A stretch of 64,000 nt of DNA from a virus, in the IMG/VR virus record IMGVR_UViG_3300008262_002626, positions 1 through 64,000 of that record. One strand, given 5' to 3'. Every line of letters starts with the position of its first letter. The stretch's first letter is position 1. This document shows, one piece after another, positions 56,359 through 64,000 of the stretch. The position numbers were made by a program, and so were the translations under genes. Below the pieces are notes generated by a model. It was not told the origin of the DNA. It ran no database searches and was given only the letters and a program-made list of their open reading frames with translations.

Positions 56359-56727
56359 TCAAGCTGTTTGGTTAGATATGTGTTGTTTTTCCAGCCAAAA
56401 ACTTTTGCCAGGGAATCTTGATTTGGCTACGAGGAAAGCATCTTCAATGCTAGATCCCTGTGCTATAAATTGATTATCATCAAGCCCAAAAAGATAAACA
56501 TTTGAGTTGATGACTTCTGCGCGAACTTTAACACCTTCTGCAATTTTCACAGCGTCTTCGGAATTAAATCCAGCTTGCTCAGCTTCGTTAATCTTTTGGA
56601 TCTTTTTAAGAGAATCAATTACCTGTTCTGGATTTTCGCTTAGATGGTATAGCATAATTGCTCCGCGAGTTCGCCAGCCAATCCACGCTCCAACAAGTCC
56701 TGCAACAATGTAACCAAAGTATTCCAT
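56359..56727 (-). CDS. Hypothetical protein with N-terminal TM
   Basis: AGGAG SD. Confidence 0.7.
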   Translation of the reverse strand: MEYFGYIVAGLVGAWIGWRTRGAIMLYHLSENPEQVIDSLKKIQKINEAEQAGFNSEDAVKIAEGVKVRAEVINSNVYLFGLDDNQFIAQGSSIEDAFLVAKSRFPGKSFWLEKQHISNQTA

Positions 56728-56748
56728 AGAATGCTCCTGTTTGATTTG

Positions 56749-57078
56749 TTATTTAATCAATTCCAAGTTCAAAATCTTAGCTACCCTGGCACCCACGTCT
56801 TCTCCACTGGGGATAACATAAGTTTGAGTATCGTGCATGTCTTTACGCTGATCATATCTGCGTACATTTAGGATGCGGCCGCCTACTGCTGATGTAAGCT
56901 CAAAACTAATACGATCCTCGCCCTCGGCCCGACCCTTTTCGATTGCCATTGCTGTTCCCACCTGTAATCCCCTATGTGCTTTCGTTTTGTTAACGTAAAT
57001 GTCTTCTTCGTATTTTTGGCTATTGTCCCACATGTTGCGAACTTTGCCGTATAGCCATCGATCAAACCATGTTGTCAT
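56749..57078 (-). CDS. Hypothetical protein
   Basis: ORF track; start MTTW. Confidence 0.65.
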   Translation of the reverse strand: MTTWFDRWLYGKVRNMWDNSQKYEEDIYVNKTKAHRGLQVGTAMAIEKGRAEGEDRISFELTSAVGGRILNVRRYDQRKDMHDTQTYVIPSGEDVGARVAKILNLELIK

Positions 57079-57268
57079 CAGGTTCTCCCACAGGTTTTTC
57101 GATTCCAATCTTGCCACGACCTGCGGCTATATTGGCCAAGATTTGTGTTTTTTGTTCTGCCCATGCTTGTTCGCTTAGGGTATGTAAGCCTAAACATTTT
57201 CCTGTTGGGCTACGGCCACAGCCGCAACGTCCAAACTCTTCAGAATCTTCAGTTACTCGTACTTGCAT
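57062..57268 (-). CDS. CDGSH-like Fe-S/Zn finger protein
   Basis: CGCGRSPTGKCLGLH (C-x-C-x2-S-x4-C-x-G-x-H). Confidence 0.65.
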   Translation of the reverse strand: MQVRVTEDSEEFGRCGCGRSPTGKCLGLHTLSEQAWAEQKTQILANIAAGRGKIGIEKPVGEPDDNMV

Positions 57269-57731
57269 TCTTTGTCTCCTTGGTAAGTTCGCAAATCATT
57301 ATAAATTTTTCAAAGGCCTTACGCACGACTGGATTAGTCAACAGATGTTCTGCTTCAGTCATCATAGCCTTAACTCCTGCTTCGGCAGCTTCTCTATATG
57401 AACAATATTCTAGTGCATATACTTCTTTTCCCATGGCCTTACTAAAGTTTTCCCAGGCAAGACGTTGCTCGTTTGTGAGTTGTTTACGATCACGTTCTGG
57501 AACACGAAGTTTACTAGTTTCCATAATATGTTTGCTGATAGCATCTTCGGCAACACGGCCGGCTGCAATCATAGCCACATAGTTTGGATCAACATTGAAC
57601 CTACGACTTGAGCCACCGGGGTAGACCATAACCAGATGGTTTCCTTTTGGAAAAGCATCGAGAAAGTCACTATCGTATTCCTGTACAGGAACATAGCGTC
57701 GGCCTTTCTTTTCGTAATAAATTTTTTTCAT
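57249..57731 (-). CDS. Hypothetical protein
   Basis: Start MKKIY by TAATG overlap. Confidence 0.7.
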   Translation of the reverse strand: MKKIYYEKKGRRYVPVQEYDSDFLDAFPKGNHLVMVYPGGSSRRFNVDPNYVAMIAAGRVAEDAISKHIMETSKLRVPERDRKQLTNEQRLAWENFSKAMGKEVYALEYCSYREAAEAGVKAMMTEAEHLLTNPVVRKAFEKFIMICELTKETKNASTSN

Positions 57732-57985
57732 TACAAACCTTTTGAACGTCTTTCTTCTATAGTCTGGCAATGGATGCAGAGTTGCACTCCTGGGATTGCC
57801 TTCTGTCGAGCTTCGGGTATATCTTCTCCACATTCAGCACATTCACTAAGACTTACAAACTTACGCTGTTCTGCAAGTTTTCTTTGAACATCGCCGATGG
57901 CGTTTAAGTGCATGTGGATACTTTGAAGTTGAGCCATTTCGGCTTCTTCTTCATTATTGTATTCAAAATCATTAATATCATTCAT
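57731..57985 (-). CDS. DksA/TraR family C4 zinc-finger protein
   Basis: CAECGEDIPEARQKAIPGVQLCIHCQ. Confidence 0.9.
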   Translation of the reverse strand: MNDINDFEYNNEEEAEMAQLQSIHMHLNAIGDVQRKLAEQRKFVSLSECAECGEDIPEARQKAIPGVQLCIHCQTIEERRSKGL

Positions 57986-57990
57986 GCCTA

Positions 57991-58019
57991 ATTATAGCAC
58001 CTAGTGACATTTCAGTCAA
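57991..58019 (-). promoter_or_regulatory. Sigma70-type promoter, leaderless transcript
   Basis: TTGACT-17 nt-TATAAT, 5 nt before the ATG. Confidence 0.75.
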
Positions 58020-58387
58020 CCTGTGTACCATCCTCGCAGAACATATTCTGTCCACCGTTTGGGCGTTATGTGTGCTGTGATGACAACTTGATATCCGTAT
58101 GAAATTGGATCTGCATTGATATGATAGGTCGGATCTTTAGAGTTAGCCATTACCCATTTGCCATGATCTGTTTGTTGCCATTCGTAGATTGGGTGGGCCA
58201 TGTATATCTCTGGATCTTCTACATCGCCTAAAACAAATTTGTGAACAACTCGGCGTTCATATACGTGATCGTCATATACTTGATACTTTTGGGTTTTCTT
58301 TGTTGTATCCATGCCTAGCTGTTTACTCACCTGTTCTCGTAGATTTTCATCCAGCCCAGGCCATCGTACCTTTGAACTTATCGCCAT
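58016..58387 (-). CDS. Hypothetical protein
   Basis: GDVEDP..Y...PIYEWQQTDHGKWVM. Confidence 0.65.
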   Translation of the reverse strand: MAISSKVRWPGLDENLREQVSKQLGMDTTKKTQKYQVYDDHVYERRVVHKFVLGDVEDPEIYMAHPIYEWQQTDHGKWVMANSKDPTYHINADPISYGYQVVITAHITPKRWTEYVLRGWYTG

Positions 58388-58874
58388 TAAAAATTTCCTC
58401 TAACCAAGGTCTACACTTTTCCCATGTAGTGTATTCGTGTGCTAGGCCTCCAGCACTACGCCATTCTGAACAATTACTGTGTCTATCATCAATTAGGATA
58501 TCTCCTACTTCGCAATGGCGCCACTTATCGTGACTATACGGGCCAAAGAATACAGGAGTACCTTTGAAGTATTCATCTGCCCACCACACCTTATCCTGCG
58601 AAGCCCAAGGCATAGAGTTGTCATGCGGTAGTGCTGTTAAAAAGAACAGACCTTCTGCTTGGCCTTCTTCTACTAAAGACTTGCAGTAATTGTAGAGTTC
58701 ATAGGCACCTGGTTTCAAAGGTAGCTCGCGATAGAAACGGCTGTACTGTTTAATCTTGTTCCATTCGTGTTGTGGAATACGTTCACCCTCTTTGTTCCAG
58801 CGGCGCTTGAGGAATATCTGTGCGGCCTCGTGCCAGTCTGCAACAACATCGTCCATATCTAAATAAATCTTCAT
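58347..58874 (-). CDS. 5'(3')-deoxyribonucleotidase-like HAD phosphatase
   Basis: YLDMDDVVAD, FLTA, K, ILIDD. Confidence 0.85.
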   Translation of the reverse strand: MKIYLDMDDVVADWHEAAQIFLKRRWNKEGERIPQHEWNKIKQYSRFYRELPLKPGAYELYNYCKSLVEEGQAEGLFFLTALPHDNSMPWASQDKVWWADEYFKGTPVFFGPYSHDKWRHCEVGDILIDDRHSNCSEWRSAGGLAHEYTTWEKCRPWLEEIFNGDKFKGTMAWAG

Positions 58875-59116
58875 TCTTCTGCCTTTAACATATCAAACAC
58901 TGTACCGTATTCTACTATAGGTTCCATGTGAAAGCCTGTACCCCATACTGCCCAGTACTTACGCTTATACACTTTCTTACCCCAGACATATCGACCACCG
59001 ACTGTCTTAACTGGCCATAAAGCATAAACTTCGCGCCACGGATAGCAATCTGCTCCGTTAAATATTCGTTGCGTTATTATCATAGGTGTAAATGTATCTT
59101 TGCCAAACTTTTCCAT
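58871..59116 (-). CDS. Hypothetical protein
   Basis: ORF track. Confidence 0.6.
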   Translation of the reverse strand: MEKFGKDTFTPMIITQRIFNGADCYPWREVYALWPVKTVGGRYVWGKKVYKRKYWAVWGTGFHMEPIVEYGTVFDMLKAEE

Positions 59117-59117
59117 A

Positions 59118-59759
59118 CTACTTTGATAAATTATCTTTTAGAATTCTCTGTATCGTTTTTGCTGTTTCGATTTGAGAAAGAGGCCCCGGGTGCCGATCGT
59201 TTTTACATTCATCGATACAACTAATTCCATCTGTATAGAGATTGTCAATCGGTCCAATAAAGTCAGGCCTGTGTTCTGATAGCTCGTGTGGGAAAGCTGG
59301 GAAATGTATATATTTTAAATTTAAACTCTTAAGATATAAATCAGCATGGTGCATGTACAACCAACTCTTTATTATACTGTCCACTGGTTCGACTCTAGAT
59401 AACCATTCGGCAATGTATCCAGACCTTGCCGACATCCAAACTCCTAGTTGCCGGTAAGGTTTTATTTTTTTAGTACCAGATATAAAATGCATGTCTCGAT
59501 TAGGTAAACTCCACATAACGACTACAAAATCGTTAGGTTGAAAATCAAAATTTAATATATGATACAATATTTCAATATTACTTGATCCAGGTACGCCTTT
59601 GTTCACTGCTTCAACATTTAGCAATTTTCCTAATTCAAATGGCCAAGATTGTTTAGCAGGCTTTGAACTTATTTTAGTCGTGTTGTTACCGGTCTTACAT
59701 CCTGGAAGACCCGACCCGTATGTAAATGAACAGCCAAAGGCAACAACTCTATTAATCAT
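59118..59759 (-). CDS. SGNH-like hydrolase
   Basis: FGCSFTYG, NKGVPGSSN, DRHPG. Confidence 0.7.
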   Translation of the reverse strand: MINRVVAFGCSFTYGSGLPGCKTGNNTTKISSKPAKQSWPFELGKLLNVEAVNKGVPGSSNIEILYHILNFDFQPNDFVVVMWSLPNRDMHFISGTKKIKPYRQLGVWMSARSGYIAEWLSRVEPVDSIIKSWLYMHHADLYLKSLNLKYIHFPAFPHELSEHRPDFIGPIDNLYTDGISCIDECKNDRHPGPLSQIETAKTIQRILKDNLSK

Positions 59760-60022
59760 TTCCAATACTTTATTTTGAACAGCATAAACTTCTTTGGATT
59801 CTTTATAGTATAATCAGCCGTGTAATTTCCTGTGCCATCTATAGCCATGGCAAATCCATACTTTTCTTCTGCCCAATAATGTATGCTAGGACGACTCATG
59901 CTGAAGTCTCCTTTATATTCTTCCATGTACTCTTGACGCATCCTACGGATAGCATCAAAGTATCTTTCACGTTCTGCTTTGTCCTGCATATCCCATGCTC
60001 GGTATTCGTAGACCATTCCCAT
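59756..60022 (-). CDS. Small protein, F-x-[LMI]-[KR]-W tail family
   Basis: C-terminal MLFKIKYW. Confidence 0.6.
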   Translation of the reverse strand: MGMVYEYRAWDMQDKAERERYFDAIRRMRQEYMEEYKGDFSMSRPSIHYWAEEKYGFAMAIDGTGNYTADYTIKNPKKFMLFKIKYWK

Positions 60023-60265
60023 TTAAAAATACTCGTCTGGTTCTGCAAAGTAATCCCAACCTTGACCGCCTAGAGCTTTCCACATATCCCATCTAGCTTC
60101 TTCATCTTTGCACTTCTGTGGCATCTGGTCACTGCCTACTACTGCTTCACATTGAGCACAAAAATAGTTCATACCGAATGTAGGTTCATCGTAATAGGCA
60201 ACTCCGCCACAGGGCAGTACCATGTAATCAGTAAAATCTTTCATGACCACCTCATAACAAACCAC
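60023..60265 (-). CDS. Small Cys-containing protein
   Basis: PCGG...CAQC...C. Confidence 0.6.
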   Translation of the reverse strand: MVCYEVVMKDFTDYMVLPCGGVAYYDEPTFGMNYFCAQCEAVVGSDQMPQKCKDEEARWDMWKALGGQGWDYFAEPDEYF

Positions 60266-60459
60266 ATGGCTTTCTTTTCGTCATTAAAAGTTAATCCTTT
60301 GCTACCCGTAAAGGCTGTAACCCCATACTCCTGTTCAAGCCAGTCATAGATATTATCAATATCCTGTTCCCACTTTATATGATCGTAAAAATAATCAATA
60401 AGTTTATCCCAGTACAGCTCTTTGTCTACTGTCATCCTAACCACCTCATCTTGAACCAC
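60241..60459 (-). CDS. Small protein, F-x-[LMI]-[KR]-W tail family
   Basis: FNDEKKAMWFVMRWS. Confidence 0.65.
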   Translation of the reverse strand: MVQDEVVRMTVDKELYWDKLIDYFYDHIKWEQDIDNIYDWLEQEYGVTAFTGSKGLTFNDEKKAMWFVMRWS

Positions 60460-60758
60460 ATAGCATCTGTGTCTTCTTCAAATAACCAAACCAATCCTCG
60501 ATTCCAAAATCTTCCTTTGACACGTTTGCTAACCCAAACGTCAACTTCTGTACTCTGTTCATGTGTCATAACCCAAGGTACAACAACTTGATGCCAACCG
60601 ATTCCTACCAGCATACCTCTAAGCACTTCAGCATCAATTTCGTCTGCAAGGGCTTTGGCTTTTTCTTCCAGTATCTGTTCTTGTAGATCACCGGAACGAT
60701 CGGTTAGTAACTTCTTTTTAAGCATTGTCTTCTTTCTTGCAACGTTTATTAATTTCAT
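60432..60758 (-). CDS. Small protein, F-x-[LMI]-[KR]-W tail family
   Basis: FEEDTDAMWFKMRWL. Confidence 0.65.
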   Translation of the reverse strand: MKLINVARKKTMLKKKLLTDRSGDLQEQILEEKAKALADEIDAEVLRGMLVGIGWHQVVVPWVMTHEQSTEVDVWVSKRVKGRFWNRGLVWLFEEDTDAMWFKMRWLG

Positions 60759-60963
60759 CCGACCAGCGTAGTATAAACCACTCTCTGTGTGCTTCTTTCT
60801 TAAAAGACCACAGACGTTCTGTCATGCTCATGCCTACACCTTCTGCTTCAGCCCAGGCGATCATTTCTTCGTTTAGATCTTCAGGCAATTCACCTTTGTC
60901 AAAGGCAATGCCTGGCAAACGAAAAGGGCCTACTTCACAGTTTTCCATTGCTGATAATCTCAC
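60718..60963 (-). CDS. Small protein, F-x-[LMI]-[KR]-W tail family
   Basis: FKKEAHREWFILRWS. Confidence 0.65.
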   Translation of the reverse strand: MRLSAMENCEVGPFRLPGIAFDKGELPEDLNEEMIAWAEAEGVGMSMTERLWSFKKEAHREWFILRWSDEINKRCKKEDNA

Positions 60964-61255
60964 TGAACTTCATTAAAAACATTGTACGCTTATTCTCACT
61001 GTAGAAATCTAAATGTATTTGGAATTGATAATAGCCAACATTTAGATCATCTCCGGCAGTATCGGGCTTGTCTATCCAAGCCTTGTGTTCACGCACAGTA
61101 AAACCCAAGACACGTTTCATCTTGTCTCGGATCATAAACACAGTCTTAGGATACTCTTCGTGTAGTTCTTTACGAATAGCCTTCCACTGTTCAACGCTTA
61201 GTATTACGGGCTTCATTAGCAATGGCTTGATAGCCCTGGTAAGTTGGATGGACAC
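60935..61255 (-). CDS. Small protein, F-x-[LMI]-[KR]-W tail family
   Basis: FYSENKRTMFLMKFS. Confidence 0.6.
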   Translation of the reverse strand: MSIQLTRAIKPLLMKPVILSVEQWKAIRKELHEEYPKTVFMIRDKMKRVLGFTVREHKAWIDKPDTAGDDLNVGYYQFQIHLDFYSENKRTMFLMKFSEIISNGKL

Positions 61256-61616
61256 CGTCTTTGCTCAGAGGGTGTTGGCGGCTGTCAATAACTATGTCAC
61301 CATACTTGTCGGCTACCTTACGAACATCACTGCGTTTATTATCTTTGATCGCAGGCAAGATCCAGTAGACACGATCAGCACGTACTAGATGACGTAGTGT
61401 ATCCAGTTCTTCATAGGTTTTGATTCTAGCCGTGTCGTTAGAACCCAAACTGATAATCACAGTCTTGGCTTCTTTGTTATTTGATCCTGTGTGCATGACG
61501 TGTCTATTGACATAGTCATAACTGTTAATACCGCTCTTGGCATAGGTTACACATTCTTTGCTTACCTGTCCTACACCTACTGCTAGGCTATCGCCCATGA
61601 TTAAACATTCTAACAT
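61191..61616 (-). CDS. SGNH/GDSL hydrolase
   Basis: GDSL, SLGSND, DGVHP; start MLEC. Confidence 0.8.
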   Translation of the reverse strand: MLECLIMGDSLAVGVGQVSKECVTYAKSGINSYDYVNRHVMHTGSNNKEAKTVIISLGSNDTARIKTYEELDTLRHLVRADRVYWILPAIKDNKRSDVRKVADKYGDIVIDSRQHPLSKDGVHPTYQGYQAIANEARNTKR

Positions 61617-61618
61617 TA

Positions 61619-61894
61619 TTATTCCTCGTAAATTTCCCAACATCCGCGATCGTAGTTCCAATGCCTGGTGTCGTGGATGACCAAAGTAAAACACCATGTA
61701 AACAACCCAAACTCAAATCTAAGGCCTGCATGATCCTGTCTATGTGTTAGTTCAAACACGAACTCTGCTAGTACATTACTACGATATACTTGGCACTCCC
61801 AGGCCTTGTGTTTGGTTAATTTATTACCCCAACACCAACCAGCATCAAATAAGGTACTCCAGGGATTAGTAATACTGAATCTAAAGTTAATCAT
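61619..61894 (-). CDS. Hypothetical protein
   Basis: Start MINF by ATGA overlap. Confidence 0.6.
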   Translation of the reverse strand: MINFRFSITNPWSTLFDAGWCWGNKLTKHKAWECQVYRSNVLAEFVFELTHRQDHAGLRFEFGLFTWCFTLVIHDTRHWNYDRGCWEIYEE

Positions 61895-62256
61895 GTCAAC
61901 ATCCAAACAATAAACAAGTAGGTAAAATAGTGTGCCATTTGATCTAGGCCCAGGTGATTCCAAAAAGCAGGCGTAGTAATATCTCTATTACCCCAGTTCA
62001 TCTTGGCCCAGTCAATGTGATAGTGTAAAATGAAATCTATAATACCAGCTGTGATACTAAACCATAGGACCACATCTGCGGTGGCCAGCATCAGTAGCGT
62101 ACCTATGCCATGTTTAAGGCTGTGCTTGATGCCCAGCCATCGACCATACTGTCCTTTGTTGTCTACTTCTTCTTGGGTTTGATCAACAAAGTCTATGTAC
62201 CAATGTTTGATAAACAGCAGGCCCAGTAAGATGAATATTGCGCTAGAGTAATCCAT
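61891..62256 (-). CDS. DUF3307-like membrane protein
   Basis: KHWYIDF, HS..H, HYHID, DQMAH. Confidence 0.75.
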   Translation of the reverse strand: MDYSSAIFILLGLLFIKHWYIDFVDQTQEEVDNKGQYGRWLGIKHSLKHGIGTLLMLATADVVLWFSITAGIIDFILHYHIDWAKMNWGNRDITTPAFWNHLGLDQMAHYFTYLFIVWMLT

Positions 62257-62416
62257 TTCTTATCCTATGAAGGTATTCTCGTTTGAGCCAATACTTGTAG
62301 CGTTGGAAGTATTCTTTCTGGGTATAGGGCAGTTCGCCGTAGAGTCTATGTTCCTCGACGTTGTCGTACCAAATTTCCTGCACCCAACTACGGAAAGATT
62401 TTCTACTGATTCCCAC
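62243..62416 (-). CDS. 57-aa hypothetical protein (GTG start)
   Basis: Hand-translated ...FRSWVQEIWYDN...YKYWLKREY...; fills gap. Confidence 0.55.
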   Translation of the reverse strand: MGISRKSFRSWVQEIWYDNVEEHRLYGELPYTQKEYFQRYKYWLKREYLHRIRNGLL

Positions 62417-62463
62417 ACCTGCTCCCTGTAGAGTTTACGATATTATCTTGTATTTTATTACAA

Positions 62464-62814
62464 TTAGTTAGATCTGTCAATGGTCTTGACTATAAGCTCA
62501 GTCCAATAGAGTTCGAATAGCATGGCTCGTTTGGGCACCCGTATGTTCATAACCCAAACATTATCCTGGGCACCGCCTTCATAGATAAACCAATCTTTGT
62601 ACTTTTCTCCCAAGTTTTGAGCGGACCACTTGTAGAGTTCGTGCTTGTGTGTTTTCTTGATGTGATAACACCTAAATGGACGTAGATACTCTGTGACCAT
62701 GCGTCCAAAGTCCGGATCTGATTCACCGGGCATTTTTACTGTGCCGCCACTGTCAAGGACTTGATTGTACTTGTTCAGATTCTGCATCGTTGTCGTGCTC
62801 CACAAACTTTTCAA
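62464..62814 (-). CDS. Small protein, F-x-[LMI]-[KR]-W tail family (divergent)
   Basis: KRAMLFELYW. Confidence 0.55.
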   Translation of the reverse strand: MKSLWSTTTMQNLNKYNQVLDSGGTVKMPGESDPDFGRMVTEYLRPFRCYHIKKTHKHELYKWSAQNLGEKYKDWFIYEGGAQDNVWVMNIRVPKRAMLFELYWTELIVKTIDRSN

Positions 62815-63148
62815 TTAGGTCAAAGTTTGCTTCAGCTCGTTGTATAGCTTCCCAGGCCCGTTGTAGTGCTGGATTGTTTCGTATCAATGATTGACGCTGT
62901 GCTTGTCGGTCACGTTCCTGTCTAGCCCAATCTAACAGCATCTGTGCTTCGCTATTTAGATCTACAGTAGCATAGTTCATGGCCAACTGCATCCAGTTGT
63001 TACCATCAAACACTTCCATATTTTGACTGGTAGTGTTGAACCGTATCTGCCCTACATTTAGAGCACCTGGAAAGTGATTTACATAGTTACTGGAGGGCTG
63101 TCCGTTTTGTACATTTAGGTAGCGGCCACCGGATATTCCTTTGATCAT
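62753..63148 (-). CDS. Hypothetical protein
   Basis: GQIRFN...MEVFDGNNW; NPALQRAW tail. Confidence 0.65.
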   Translation of the reverse strand: MIKGISGGRYLNVQNGQPSSNYVNHFPGALNVGQIRFNTTSQNMEVFDGNNWMQLAMNYATVDLNSEAQMLLDWARQERDRQAQRQSLIRNNPALQRAWEAIQRAEANFDLIEKFVEHDNDAESEQVQSSP

Positions 63149-63149
63149 A

Positions 63150-63503
63150 TTATTTCCTTGACATTTCTAACAGCAGTTGATAGTTACGCCAAGCTCGCTC
63201 CACACTGGGATTATTCTTGCGTACCACTTCATCTGCGACCATTTGATTGACCACTTGTACAGCGTAGTCGTGCTGTCGACTCATTTTAGTCCAGTATCGA
63301 TCCTGTTCTACTAGAGTCTGGAACTCACGCTGAGGTATCAGCATTTCTACATAGCGTAGACGCACATGGTCTACCAAGCTCATGCTGGCAGTGACATTGG
63401 TCCAATCGTGCAGTCTAGGCACCTGGGGTTCCATATATTCCTTATGGGGGTGCAGGCTGGCCTGGGCACGGTATTTCTTTAGAAAATCATCTACATCTTG
63501 CAT
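63150..63503 (-). CDS. Hypothetical protein
   Basis: NPSVERAWRNYQLL tail, similar to neighbour. Confidence 0.65.
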   Translation of the reverse strand: MQDVDDFLKKYRAQASLHPHKEYMEPQVPRLHDWTNVTASMSLVDHVRLRYVEMLIPQREFQTLVEQDRYWTKMSRQHDYAVQVVNQMVADEVVRKNNPSVERAWRNYQLLLEMSRK

Positions 63504-63504
63504 A

Positions 63505-63900
63505 TTAACTATTCCACCTTAGAACAAACCAATCACGATCTTTACAATCTCGGAACCAAAACTTACGATTATTCATATACCAACGTTCACTGGGCGAGGG
63601 TGCAGTCTTGTCACCCCACATGTTGTGGCCACTAGAGCCAAATGTAGTCAAACACCAGGCCTGCATGTCAACCCACGAGCCACCCACGGGCTCTACACAG
63701 TAGTAGCGAGCACCGTAGACACGACCTTCAGTGAGTATCAGAGCTTCCAGGGGCTGACTGTTTAGATCCTGCATGAGTCGTTCGATAGCCTGGGCTGTGA
63801 ACTGGCTCTTGCCCTGACCACGCCCTGTGATCTGTATCAAGCCCCGACCAATATAAACAGGCTCACTCACGGGGCACCTCAAACAGCAGGGTCTGATCAT
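63505..63900 (-). CDS. Small protein, F-x-[LMI]-[KR]-W tail family
   Basis: FRDCKDRDWFVLRW. Confidence 0.6.
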   Translation of the reverse strand: MIRPCCLRCPVSEPVYIGRGLIQITGRGQGKSQFTAQAIERLMQDLNSQPLEALILTEGRVYGARYYCVEPVGGSWVDMQAWCLTTFGSSGHNMWGDKTAPSPSERWYMNNRKFWFRDCKDRDWFVLRWNS

Positions 63901-64000
63901 AGATCTCCAATAGATCCTGATCAGTTAGGTCAGCCAGTTCATCCTCAGTGATGCTGAAACGCTCAATCAGCTCTTCGGGATCAAAGGCAAACAAGATATA

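Noticed and set aside
7291-61388. Numerous short antisense or alternate-frame ORFs in the track (e.g. 14191, 16843, 25881, 39511, 47269, 57145)
   Set aside because: Fully overlap well-supported genes and lack SD or recognisable motifs
1-64000. Bacterial chromosome segment
   Set aside because: Housekeeping-like genes are isolated from their normal operons and interleaved with virion genes, T4-type late boxes and dense small ORFs
1-64000. CRISPR array, rRNA, IS element or integrase
   Set aside because: No regularly spaced repeats, rRNA signatures, transposase or recombinase motifs seen

Overview
This window is part of a large (jumbo-type), T4-like tailed phage genome, probably infecting a freshwater proteobacterium. 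DnaK, IscU, IscA, PbpG and the desaturase look beta/gammaproteobacterial, while the ALA synthase is of the alphaproteobacterial type. Genes are densely packed, mostly on the minus strand, and driven by two visible promoter classes: near-consensus sigma70 TTGACA-17-TATAAT and a T4-late-like TAAATA box. Contents from start to end: a circularly permuted (two-piece) tmRNA preceded by three tiny coupled ORFs; aceA and a fatty-acid desaturase; a late-expressed curli/type VIII secretion operon (csgF, csgG, curlin, FecR protein, PA14-curlin adhesin) running into a CHASE2 nucleotide cyclase and a PbpG-like peptidase; dnaK-hsp20-clpS-heme oxygenase-bilin reductase with two ROSE-like RNA thermometers; guaC, bS21, and a membrane protein with an apparent programmed -1 frameshift; iscU-iscA, and nrdA/nrdB split by a class II aldolase. 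Further along are virion genes, a set of late proteins whose N-termini resemble the T4 capsid-targeting sequence, hemA, peptidoglycan hydrolases and a cluster of small paralogous ORFs. Three intergenic structured RNA candidates and many leaderless genes are also visible. All calls come from motif recognition by eye; no database searches were run.
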